Assembly: GCF_009914755.1 (NCBI RefSeq)
Contig: NC_060941.1
Source: the human T2T-CHM13v2.0 reference genome, Homo sapiens
Length of the DNA: 64,000 bases
Strand: one strand, 5' to 3'
Below are positions 15,001 to 27,204 of the stretch, in pieces; position 1 is the first letter of the stretch, and every line of letters starts with the position of its first letter. A program made the position numbers and the translations under genes. The notes under the pieces were generated by a model that saw nothing but the letters and a program-made list of their open reading frames with translations, did no database searches and was not told where the DNA came from.

Positions 15001-18000
15001 ATGGGGGTGATGGTGATGGGGGTGATGGTGATGGGGGTGGTGGTGATGGTGATGGGGGTGGTGATGGGGGTGATGGTGATGGGGGTGGTGGTGATGGAGG
15101 TGGTGGTGATGGGGGTGGTGGTGATGGGGGTGGTGGTGATGGAGGTGGTGGTGGTGGAGGTGGTGGTGATGGAGGTGGTGGTGATGGAGGTGGTGGTGAT
15201 GGGGGTGGTGGTGATGGGGGTGGTGGTGATGGAGGTGGTGGTGATGGAGGTGGTGGTGATGGGGGTGGTGGTGATGGAGGTGGTGGTGGAGGTGGTGGTG
15301 ATGGGGGTGGTGGTGATGGGGGTGGTGGTGGAGGTGGTGGTGATGGGGGTGGTGGTGATGGGGGTGGTGGTGATGGAGGTGGTGGTGATGGTGGTGATGG
15401 TGATGGGGGTGGTGATGGGGGTGATGGTGATGGGGGTGGTGATGGGGGTGGTGGTGATGGGGGTGATGGTGATGGAGGTGGTGGTGATGGTGGTGGTGGT
15501 GATGGGGGTGGTGGTGATGGTGATGGGGGTGGTGATGGAGGTGGTGGTGATGGAGGTGGTGGTGATGGAGGTGATGGTGATGGGGGTGGTGGTGATGGGG
15601 GTGATGGTGATGGGGGTGGTGGTGATGGGGGTGGTGGTGATGGGGGTGATGGTGATGGAGGTGGTGGTGATGGGGGTGGTGGTGATGGGGGTGATGGTGA
15701 TGGGGGTGGTGGTGATGGAGGTGGTGGTGATGGGGGTGGTGGTGATGGAGGTGGTGGTGATGGAGGTGGTAGTGATGGAGGTGGTGGTGATGGTGGTGGT
15801 GGTGATGGGGGTGATGGTGATGGAGGTGGTGGTGATGGGGGTGGTGGTGATGGGGGTGATGGTGATGGAGGTGGTGGTGATGGAGGTGGTGGTGATGGGG
15901 GTGGTGATGGTGGTGGTGGTGATGGAGGTGGTGGTGATGGGGGTGGTGGTGATGGAGGTGGTGGTGATGGGGGTGGTGGTGATGGAGGTGGTGGTGATGG
16001 GGGTGGTGGTGATGGGGGTGGTGGTGATGGAGGTGGTGGTGATGGTGGTGGTGGTGATGGGGGTGGTGGTGATGGAGGTGGTGGTGATGGGGGTGGTGGT
16101 GATGGGGGTGGTGGTGATGGGGGTGGTGGTGATGGAGGTGGTGGTGATGGAGGTGGTAGTGATGGAGGTGGTGGTGATGGTGGTGGTGGTGATGGGGGTG
16201 ATGGTGATGGTGGTGGTGGTGATGGGGGTGGTGGTGATGGGGGTGGTGGTGATGGTGGTGGTGGTGATGGGGGTGGTGGTGATGGAGGTGGTGGTGATGG
16301 GGGTGGTGGTGATGGGGGTGGTGGTGATGGGGGTGATGATGGGGGTGATGGTGATGGGGGTGGTGGTGATGGTGGTGGTGGTGATGGGGGTGGTGGTGAT
16401 GGGGGTGATGATGGGGGTGATGGTGATGGGGGTGGTGGTGATGGTGATGGGGGTGGTGATGGGGGTGATGGTGATGGGGGTGGTGGTGATGGGGGTGGTG
16501 GTGATGGGGGTGATGATGGGGGTGATGGTGATGGGGGTGATGGTGATGGGGGTGGTGGTGATGGTGATGGGGGTGGTGATGGGGGTGATGGTGATGGGGG
16601 TGGTGGTGATGGAGGTGGTGGTGGTGGAGGTGGTGGTGATGGAGGTGGTGGTGATGGAGGTGGTGGTGATGGGGGTGGTGGTGATGGGGGTGGTGGTGAT
16701 GGGGGTGGTGGTGATGGAGGTGGTGGTGATGGTGGTGATGGTGATGGGGGTGGTGATGGGGGTGATGGTGATGGGGGTGATGGTGATGGGGGTGGTGGTG
16801 ATGGTGATGGGGGTGGTGATGGGGGTGATGGTGATGGGGGTGGTGGTGATGGAGGTGGTGGTGATGGGGGTGGTGGTGATGGGGGTGGTGGTGATGGAGG
16901 TGGTGGTGGTGGAGGTGGTGGTGATGGAGGTGGTGGTGATGGAGGTGGTGGTGATGGGGGTGGTGGTGATGGGGGTGGTGGTGATGGAGGTGGTGGTGAT
17001 GGAGGTGGTGGTGATGGGGGTGGTGGTGATGGAGGTGGTGGTGATGGTGGTGGTGGTGATGGAGGTGGTGGTGATGGAGGTGGTGGTGATGGAGGTGGTG
17101 GTGATGGGGGTGGTGGTGATGGGGGTGGTGGTGATGGAGGTGGTGGTGATGGTGGTGGTGGTGATGGAGGTGGTGGTGATGGGGGTGGTGGTGATGGAGG
17201 TGGTGGTGATGGAGGTGGTGGTGATGGAGGTGGTGGTGATGGGGGTGGTGGTGATGGTGGTGGTGGTGATGGGGGTGGTGGTGATGGGGGTGGTGGTGAT
17301 GGGGGTGGTGGTGATGGGGGTGGTGGTGATGGAGGTGGTGGTGATGGTGGTGGTGGTGATGGTGGTGGTGGTGATGGGGGTGGTGGTGATGGGGGTGGTG
17401 GTGATGGGGGTGGTGGTGATGGAGGTGGTGGTGATGGGGGTGGTGGTGATGGAGGTGGTGGTGATGGTGGTGGTGGTGATGGTGGTGGTGGTGATGGGGG
17501 TGGTGGTGATGGGGGTGGTGGTGATGGGGGTGGTGGTGATGGAGGTGGTGGTGATGGGGGTGGTGGTGATGGAGGTGGTGGTGATGGTGGTGGTGGTGAT
17601 GGGGGTGGTGGTGATGGGGGTGGTGGTGATGGAGGTGGTGGTGATGGAGGTGGTGGTGATGGAGGTGGTGGTGGTGGAGGTGGTGGTGATGGAGGTGGTG
17701 GTGATGGAGGTGGTGGTGATGGAGGTGGTGGTGGTGGTGGTGATGGAGGTGGTGGTGATGGAGGTGGTGGTGGTGATGGGGGTGGTGGTGATGGAGGTGG
17801 TGGTGATGGAGGTGGTGGTGATGGTGGTGGTAGTGATGGAGGTGGTGGTGATGGTGGTGGTGGTGATGGGGGTGGTGATGATGGGGGTGATGGTGATGGG
17901 GGTGGTGGTGATGGTGATGGGGGTGGTGGTGATGGGGGTGATGGTGATGGGGGTGGTGGTGATGGAGGTGGTGGTGATGGAGATGGTGGCGAAGGAGGTG

Positions 18001-18037
18001 GTGGTGATGGAGTTGGTGATGGTGATGGTGATGGTGG
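12049..18037. repeat. ~6 kb GTG/ATG minisatellite, core 15-mer GTGGTGGTGATGG(A/G/T)G with 12/18/21-mer variants
   Basis: Direct inspection; degenerate edges, homogeneous core. Confidence 0.99.
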
Positions 18038-18179
18038 CAAGGATGCTTCCTATCCACGGGCTACACCAAGACATCCTCTGGTGTCTTTGCAGGCTGGCCA
18101 GTCCCATGCAGATGCTTGGCTGAGCAGTGGGGCTTTTTTCTATCACAGCCTTCTTGGAGTTGCCCAATCACACCAGCGT

Positions 18180-18525
18180 CCCATGCACCTCTGCCTTGGA
18201 TCATGCGTGGGATATTTTCCCCCATTTTGCCCATCTAGAAAACTGCCACTCACCCATCAAGTCTCAGTTCGAATGCTGCCTTTTTGGTGGAGTCATCCTA
18301 CGTTCTACTTGACAGACTCAGGTTCTGTATCTCCAATGCTCCTGCTCCCCTTCCTACATCCCCTAGTTGGAGCACACATCACACTGCCTGCATTCTGGTT
18401 TACCTGATTCCCCACAGGACCCTTGAGGGCTAAGAATGTATCTTACCCATCAATGGATAATTTGTGCCCAGCATTGAACCTGGATCATAGTTAGTGCCTC
18501 ATATATGTTTGTTAAATACATTAAA
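18180..18525 (+). mobile_element. L2 3' region
   Basis: tcaagtctcagttcgaatg...ccttgagggc...cctggatcatagttagtgcctcatatatgtttgttaaat. Confidence 0.7.
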
Positions 18526-19554
18526 TCAGCCCCTATCTGAGCAAGCATGGAGGGAGACACAGGTAAAGGAAAGGGGTAAGTACCAGAGAGGTTCCAGGTA
18601 TAAATGTGGAGGCCAGCAGGGTCTGGAATGTGTACTAAAGGACTGGATCAGTGGATACAGCAATACTGACTCATCAACCAGCCCCTATATTTTTCTATGA
18701 ATTAGCTTTTTAAAAATGTTATTTTAACAGAAGGAAGCAGGCAGGTCTCACTCGACAGGGTATTGACTTTCTGTAGCACATTTTATTAAGACTCATCAGG
18801 ACTGCAGGTCTCTGCATCCTCTGAGGGTGCCTGTGTGTTCAGGAGGCAGAGTGATAGGGAAATTAAATGCAGCAGCTGCATCCTTTGAAGCTTTTTTAAG
18901 CAGGCAAGGCCAGCCAACTCCACAGCATACAAGCTGGAGAATACCAGATATGCTGCCTTCCTGGACTTCTACCCAAGCAGGGAAAGATATTTTCTAATTA
19001 GCCAAGTTAGATAAATGTTCTTCCACCATGCTCTTGTTTGGAGAATAGGTGGATGCTAAGAAACGTGGCTGTGGAGTGAATTTGTGTAGAGCTATTCTTT
19101 TGCTTTTAGTGGTTTCCAATATTTAAATACACATACACACACACACACACACAGCTCTGATGCCACACAGCTGGGGAAATTGAAATAGAAGGGAATGAAA
19201 ATATTTTGAAAAGTGGAGATTTAGGTGGTGGTAAGACCCATGACATATTGTGTGGCCAGGACCCCCAAGGAGTTCCCTTCCATGGGCATCTTTCCCCCTC
19301 CATAGCTGACTCTCAGGTACACTTCCCTTTCACTGGGCTGTGCCCTATTTTATATAGCAAGTCCCAACTCAAACACCTTCGATGACTCCTTGGGAGACCT
19401 GGAATAATGTCTGCCTTTTGGGGTGGTGTTTATGACCCTTCACAGTCTCACTTGAACCTGTCTTTCCTTTTGTCTTCTTACACTCCTCTTCGACCCCACA
19501 CATCCTGTGCCACTCTACTGCTAAAACCAATAATCATCATCATTGTCACCACCA

Positions 19555-19760
19555 TCGCTTGCGTTTATTAAGTGCTGACTCTCGAGTGGCCCCAGAACAG
19601 GAGCCTTACATTCATTAGCTTATTTCATCTTCATAATTCCACGAAGCTGGCACTGGGATGACCCTCAGCTTGACGATGAGGACATTTGGGCTCAGATCAG
19701 TTAAGGGACTTGCCCAAAGCTACACAAGTAATAAGTGACCAACGGTACCCATCCTGACCT
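19555..19760 (-). mobile_element. MIR
   Basis: tttattaagtgct...gatgaggaca...gttaagggacttgcccaaagctacaca. Confidence 0.75.
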
Positions 19761-19918
19761 CTTTGCCTTGGCAAATGCTGTTTCTCCTGCTTAGTGGCTT
19801 CCTCTCTCCACCTTCTTCATCTGACAATCTCCTGCTTTGGAGCCCTGGTAACCGTTTCTTTCTGATTTTTGACCTCACCTTCCCTGATCAAACTCCCCTG
19901 GCTCCATGAGTCATTTCC

Positions 19919-19989
19919 GAACAAATGCCACTTGGTTGAATCCCATTTCTCAATTGAGTAAATGGGATTCAACCAAGTGGCATTTGTTC
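19919..19989. repeat. Near-perfect spacerless palindrome (71 bp)
   Basis: 30-bp perfect arms around self-complementary ctcaattgag plus one extra T. Confidence 0.97.
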
Positions 19990-20379
19990 TGATATGATTC
20001 TGAATTGAGCAATTGTGAAAGGAGTCTTAACGGAATGAAAGGCTGCTGTTCTCCAGAGCTTTAATTCTGCTCTGCCAGTCAACACATCTCTGTTGGGGGC
20101 CTGCGCTGTCCCAGGCTCTGTGCTGTGACCTGTGGGAGTCTAAATGGAATCAAAGAGGCACTCTCCAGGGTTTCAGACAGATTGGCACCTGGTGTTCAGA
20201 GCACTCATTTATGGTAAAACATCTCTAGTTTGTATGCGGACATTTTCTTTTTATTTTGAATATTGTTCATGTACACCTTCTCTCTCTTTTTCTGAACTAC
20301 TGTTACCAAAATCGGTAAAACATTGGCCTTTCCAAGCAACCACACTTAGTTTTGCTGATGTCTTTATTTTATGTGGCTG

Positions 20380-21082
20380 TCTATTATTTGTTTTATTGTT
20401 TATTCATTTCTATCATTATCTTCATTATTCCCTTCATTCTAGTTTCCCTGATTCTTTTTCCAGATTCTTGAATTGATTGCTTGGATTGTGGGTTATATAC
20501 AGCTGTTCTAATTTCCTAATAAATGCATTCAACACTATAAATTACCCCTCTAAGAACCAGTGAAACTGCCTCAGACAAGCTGAGATATGTAATGTCTTTA
20601 TTACTTTCAATTTGAAATACCTGTTAATTTCTGTTATGATTTTCTTTTTTAACCCCTGGATAATTTAGATGTGTGATTTTTAATTTCCAAACATGTACTT
20701 AAAACATCTCTTTGTTGTTGATTACTAATTTTATTGCATACCAGATAGAGAAACTGTAAGTAATGAAGATTCTTTGGAATTTATTGATACTTCTTTTGTG
20801 GTCTGTGCATAGCCCATTTTTTGACATGTATCCTCTCTTTGTCAAGTTTAAATTTACATTTATGCAGACATAACTATACATTCCTTTTAATCCACCAGCT
20901 TCTGAAAAAGATTTCTTAAAAATCGCCCACTATATTTGTTTATTTGTCAACTCTTCTCTCTAATTATTTCAGTTTTTGCTTTGTATATTTCAAGGCTGGT
21001 ATTGACGGATTCATACACGACAATGCCTGTCCCTAATACTTTTAATATCTTCCATCTTAAGTTCAGTTTTGTCTGATGTTAA
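20380..21082 (-). mobile_element. Ancient L1M fragment (resumes ~23087-23480)
   Basis: T-rich antisense ORF2 remnants (ctataaattaccc, tggaatttattga, tttgtctgatgttaata). Confidence 0.65.
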
Positions 21083-21798
21083 TACAGTCATGCACTACAT
21101 AGTGACATTTTGGTCAATGGCGGACCAAGTATATGATGGTGTTCCCATAAGATTATAATGAAGCTGAGACATTCCTATTGTCTAGTGAGGTTATAGCCAT
21201 CATAACATCAGCATAGACAATGCATTACTCATGTATTTTTGGTGATGTAGGTGTAAACCAATCTACTGTGCTGCCAGTGATATAAAAGTATAGCACACAC
21301 ACAATTACGTACAGCACATAATACTTGATAATGATAATAAAAGACTGCATTACTGCTTTATATACTTACTATACTGTATTTTTCATCGTTATTTTATAAT
21401 GTACTTCTGCTGCTTATAAAAAATGGTTCACTGTAAAACAGCTTCAGGCAGGTCCTTCAGGGAGTTTTCCAGAAGAAGGCATTGTTATCACGGGAGATGA
21501 CAGTTCCATGCATGTTATTACCCCTGAAGACCTTCCAGTGGGACAAAATGTGGAGGTGGAAGACAGTGATATTGATGACCCTGACCTTGTGTAGGCCTAG
21601 GCTAGTGTGTGTGCTTGTGTCTTTGTTTTTAACAAAAAAAGTTTAAAAAGGAAAAAGAAAAAGAAAAAAATTTTAAATAAAAAAGATCTTATAGTGTAAG
21701 AATATAAAGAAAGAAAATATTTTTATAGTTGTACAATGATGTATATATTTAATGCTAAGTGTTATTACAAAAGAGTCAGAAACTTTAAAAATTAAAGG

Positions 21799-22105
21799 TT
21801 TTTGTTATTTTTATTTTATTTTTGAGACAGAGTTTCACTCTTGTTGCCCAGGATGGAGTTCAGTCGTGTGATCTCAGCTCACTGCAACCTCCGCCTCCAG
21901 GTTCAAGTGATTCTCCTGCCTCAGCCTCCGAAGTATCTGGGATTACAGGTGTGCACCACCACACCTGGCTAATTTTTGTATTTTTAGTAGAGATGGGGTT
22001 TCACCATGTTGGCCAGGCTGGTCTCAAACTCCTGATCTCAGGTGATCTGCCCGCCTCAGCCTCCCAAAGTCCTGGGAGTACATGTGTGAGCCACCGTGCC
22101 CGTTC
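21799..22105 (-). mobile_element. AluS
   Basis: TSD ttaaaaattaaag. Confidence 0.94.
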
Positions 22106-22467
22106 TTAAAAATTAAAGCTTATAAAATAAAAATGTTGCAATAAGCTATGGTTAATTCATTATTGAAGAAAAATATTTTAAAATAAATTTGAGTGTAGTT
22201 TAAGTGCACAGTATTTATGTAGTGTACAGTAATGTCCTAGACTTTCACATTCATGCCCACTCACCACTCACACACTGACTCTCCCAGAGCAAGTCCTGAA
22301 AGCTCCTGCATTTATAGTAAGTGCCCTTATCTCAGAACGGGGATATTCTCATCACTAGTTGTGGTAATATCCTCAGTTCACAAATTCAGCTGTGCAAAAA
22401 TATAAAACTTAATTTTTCTATAATTCAACCTAATTTCTGTTTCAAGCTTCCCATTCAGCTGGTATAG

Positions 22468-22794
<327 letters not shown>

Positions 22795-23721
22795 AGAAGT
22801 GTCATTTTTAAATAATCTTTTATGTCACACTTTTACTGTCTCTTTTCTATGTTTATATACACAAATACTTCCTATTGTGTTACAATTGCTGACAGTATTC
22901 AGTACACCACCGCGATGTCCAGGTTTGTAGCCTGGGAGCAGTAGGCTATATGCTATAGCCTTGGTATGTAATAGGCTATACTATCCAGGTTTCTGTGAAG
23001 TGCACGCGATGATGTTCACACAACGAAATTGTTTAACAGCACATTTCTCAGAGTGTATCCCAGTTTTTAAGTGATGCCTGACTATATTTCTTTTGCAGGT
23101 CTGTTATTGCTATTTATCTCTTTATTTGTAATACTTTGGTGTCATTTAGTTTTAGCTCTTTTGCTTTTAAATAGTACATGAGTTGCTCTTATATAAATAG
23201 TTATAGATGCTCTTAAATAGCAACCATTTTTTTAAAAATCAAATTTAAGAATCTCTTTTAATTGGTAAATTTAATATGTTTGCATTATGTAATAGATAAT
23301 CTATATTTATTTCTGCTGTTTTATTTTGGTTTCCCAACTTCCTATTTTTTCTTTATTTTCCTTTCCTTGTTTCTCATGGGGTTGATCAAGTTGTTTTTGT
23401 TGTTATTTCAGATATGATATTTTTCCTGTGCTGGACTTAAAATTACATTTTCTATAACTTTATTAGCAAACATACATTTTTTAAGCAATTTCCAGCACAA
23501 ATCTGTAAATACATCCCTCTGGTTGACTGAGATGAAACCTTAGCATAGTTTTATTATGAGTTGAGTTGGGTGAGGCCATGTCCACCCATTTTTCCCCCAC
23601 CCCACCTTGATAACATCACCTAGAATTTTTATTTCAAATTGTTGACCACACCCCTTCCACTATATCAGCCCTCCTGAACATGGAGATGCAGCCGTGAAGA
23701 CAGACAGGGAGACAATTACAG

Positions 23722-24251
23722 ATTTCTTAACTCATTCAGGCAGCTATAACCAAATACCATAAACTGAATAGCTTATAAGTAACACAATTTTATTTCTCAT
23801 GATTCTGAAGGCTGGGAAGTCCAAGATCAAGGCAACAGTAGATTCAGCGTGTGGTGAGGGCCTGCTTCCTGATCAATAGATGATGCCTTTTCACTGTGTC
23901 CTCACCGGATGGTGAGGGCCTGCTTCCTGATCAATAGATGATGCCTTTTCACTGTGTCCTCACCGGATGGTGAGGGCCTGCTTCCTGATCAATAGATGAT
24001 GCCTTTTCACTGTGTCCTCACCGGATGGTGAGGGCCTGCTTCGTGGTCAATAGATGATGCCTTCTCATCATGTCCTTACATGGTAGGAGGGGCAAGGGAT
24101 GTCCCTGCAGCCTTTTTTATCAGGGCACTAACCCCATTCATGAGGGCTCCACCCTCCTGACCTAATCACCTCCCAAAGGCCCCACCTCCTCATACTATCA
24201 TCTTGGGGGTGAGGATTTCAACTTATGAACACAAACATTCAGACCATAGCA
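23722..24251 (-). mobile_element. MaLR LTR (MLT1A/MSTD-like) containing a 58-bp tandem repeat
   Basis: ggctgggaagtccaagatcaagg...cacaaacattcagaccatagca. Confidence 0.85.
23853..24084. repeat. 58-bp tandem repeat: three identical copies plus one diverged
   Basis: Units start at 23853, 23911, 23969, 24027. Confidence 0.97.
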
Positions 24252-24582
24252 ACTGAAAATAAGTTTCTATCCCAGCTGAATGGGACGCTTGAGACAGAAA
24301 TTAGGTTGAATTACAGAAAAATAAAGTCTAATTTTTTTTGCTCAGCTGAGTTTATGAATTGAGAATATTACCACAATTAGTGACAAGCCTGTCCCCATTC
24401 TAAGATGAGAGCTCCCCTGGGGTGGAACTATGGCTGTTTCCTCTCTGGACTCCCAGTGCACAGGCCATTGCACAGAGTGGACAAAATGAAACATCTGGGA
24501 ATGCTTCCTGGGTAGGAAAGAGGAAAGCACCTCAGTAGCCGAGAGCTGGCCTGGTATCCTCAGCTAGGCCTTGGTGCTCTAC

Positions 24583-25070
24583 TGTTGAACATGGGCAATT
24601 TTGCAGGACATCAACATTGGACATGGAGACTCTGAGACTGTGATGCCTTAAGACCCAATCCAGACCCCTCATAATCATGTTTGAACAGAGTCAACATGAA
24701 ACTTATCCAGAGGTGCATGAAAATCACTAAATATCTCCCAATCTGGGCTGCCATGAGGAACTGCTACGTCTTTAGCAATCACAGCCTTTGTCTCTCTCTA
24801 TTCTCCTCACCTTACAGAAAATAATTATTAGATACCAGATACAGAATTACCTTCACCAGCATCCAATCCAGAGCAAAGCTCCATTCCCTTGAATTCTGTC
24901 CGCCATCACCTAACATAAGCCTGGTTCCTGTAAGTCCTATTCAAGTCTCCCTTACTGGGATGCTTCACAGTTTCCTGTAGTGGATCTTTGCTCTTGTTTC
25001 AACTTGTGTATTAAAGCCAATGTTGTTAAGCTACCTGTGTGTTTCTGGTGGTCTCTGGCTGGCAGTCATG
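24583..25070 (+). mobile_element. ERVL LTR (MER54-like)
   Basis: cagcatccaatccagagcaaagc, atcacctaaca, gtgtgtttctggtggtct.tggctgg. Confidence 0.7.
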
Positions 25071-26374
25071 AGCTATGGGTCAGGTGGGATGTGATTGTAG
25101 TCTGACTGTAGTCTGAGAGTGGAAGTTTTCAAATGCTGGTTGAATTGAGTTGAATTCATGAAATGGGTGCTTGGAGTGCCTGGAAAATAGTGTGCATTTC
25201 ACTTCTGACTGTCTCTCCTCTCGAGCCCAAACCCAGCCAGGTCTGCCTGTCAGATACTCTGAGCAGCTACGGGAAGGGCTCCTTTTATTGCAAGGAAGCC
25301 TCATGTACTTCCCATTTCAGCCTAATAAAAGAAGCCTTCACCCAGGCAGGTCTACTCTCAGCCATTCCCTTCATCCTAAGAGATGAAAGGTTGAACCTAG
25401 AGCTAGAAATATGTTCAGAGGAATCTGCTAGTGGCATGGCTTGTATGCCCAAGGCATGGAGTGTGGTTACTATAAGGTTCTCAGACTGGGTCCTGCCTAC
25501 TCACAGCCCTGGAGGAGGCTGATGGAGACCAAGCCAAGGATTCATGAGGAGTAGACAAGGACAGAACTGGTTTGGGACTAGATGATTCCCTCCCAGTGCA
25601 GATGGACTGGTCTCTGGCCAGCCCTGTGCCCATGGCCTCACCCAACTTCTTCACATACATTGTGACTCTTCTGTGAGCAGCTACATGGTTCCCAAGGCAA
25701 TGGGAACGAAGCTGCTAGCCATGGGGACTAGCCCTGGTACAGCTTTTTGCTGTCAGAAACTGCCAAAGAGGTATTGAGTATAACGTCTTCTCACCTAAGA
25801 GAAATTAAATTAACTGGTAACAAAAATATTGATCTGGGTTTTGGCAAATAAAGATCAGGCTGCAGGTACACTTCCAGAGTGCTCTCCGATTACACACACA
25901 CACACTCACACTCAGGGGTGTATACACAAACACATATACACGCTTAATCCCACTGAGACATCTACTCTGTCAGATTTGTGGAAATGCAATAGGAAATTGG
26001 CCTCTTCCCAGAAGAACTGAGGTGTCACTGAGCCCAAACTTCCCTCCATTTTCGGTAAATTGCTTGATTTCTCCAGGACCCCGCCGTGTGGCCTTTAGTC
26101 ATGGAGACTGTGAGAACACCACGCGGAGCCAGAAGGGAGTGACTCCCAAATTCATGCACCGAGTCTCAAGGTAGTGGGGGAAGATGAGCAGGACCTGCCA
26201 TCCTTCCCTCCCAGCCTGGAACGCTCAGTTGCTTCATAGACCTTGCTCAAATGTCACCTCCTCTATGAAGCCTTCCCTGACCTTTTCCGAGTAGATTTTA
26301 TCGCATTCTCTTCTGGGTTCCAGCAGCAAATTGGAACGACCTCTTGTTGCAGGCATCAATACTTTTGCCTGCTG

Positions 26375-27160
26375 GATCTCTTAGGATTTGGTTCAGCTGC
26401 ACGTAACAGAGTCCCTCAAACAACCATGGCTTAAACAGAATAGGAGTGTAGTCATCCCTCCAAATAAAAGCCCAGGGTTGGGAGGCAACTACACAATCTT
26501 CTGGAATCCAGGCTACTCTGGCTTTTTTTTCTTCAGTTCTCCCTGGGGTGTGGTTCTCAGGCTCTTAGCACATGATGGTGGCTGGAACTTCAGCCATCAG
26601 AGCATATCCAATGCCACAGGATGGAGTGGGCAGGAATCAAGGAGGAGGTGACAAAGGATTCTGCCCTCTTTTAAGAAAAATTTTCAAAAACTGCCACGCG
26701 GCACTCTACTTCAATTACACTGGCCAGGACTTAGTTACACAGGCATGCCTACCTGCCAGGAATGCAGGGAAATGTAATGTTTAGGTGGTCATAGGCCCAT
26801 CTAGAAAATTCAACTAGTGGCCAGGAGCAGTGGTGACTCACGCCTGTAATCCCAGCACTTTGGGAGGCCTAGGCTGGTGGATCACCTGAGGTCCGGAGTT
26901 CGAGACCAGCCTGGCCAACATGGTAAAACCCCATCTCTACGAAAAATACAAAAATTAGCCAGGCATGGTGGTGGGCACCTGCAATCCCAGCTATGTGGGA
27001 GGGTGAGGCAGGAGAATTGCTTGAACTCAGGGGGCAGGAGTTGAGCTGAGATTGCGCCACTGCTCTCCAGCCTGGGTGACGAGAGTGAAACTCACTCTCA
27101 AAAAAAAAAAAAAACTCAACTAGTATGGAAGAGCGCTGATACTGGAGCCAATGATGAGTC
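26375..27160 (-). mobile_element. Old MaLR LTR (MLT1I/J-like), split by an Alu
   Basis: ggttcagctgc..gtaacaga...ggcttaaac...ggccaggacttagttacac...gggaaatgtaatgttt. Confidence 0.65.
26819..27113 (+). mobile_element. AluS
   Basis: TSD aaaa(t/c)tcaactagt. Confidence 0.94.
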
Positions 27161-27204
27161 TTCACCAGCCCCTCCCAGCATCTCTCCTTGCATCTCTCCT
27201 TGCC

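Noticed and set aside
11886-18167. 2093-aa Thr/Pro/Ser-rich ORF as a mucin gene (and the poly-His and SPPPP ORFs as real proteins)
   Set aside because: No clear signal peptide, no VWD/SEA/CysD domains and no neighbouring exons; multi-frame openness follows from the triplet repeat. Kept only as a hypothesis in findings, not as a CDS.
23853-24084. Regular repeat with short hairpins resembling a CRISPR array
   Set aside because: No unique spacers, no cas genes, lies within a mammalian LTR
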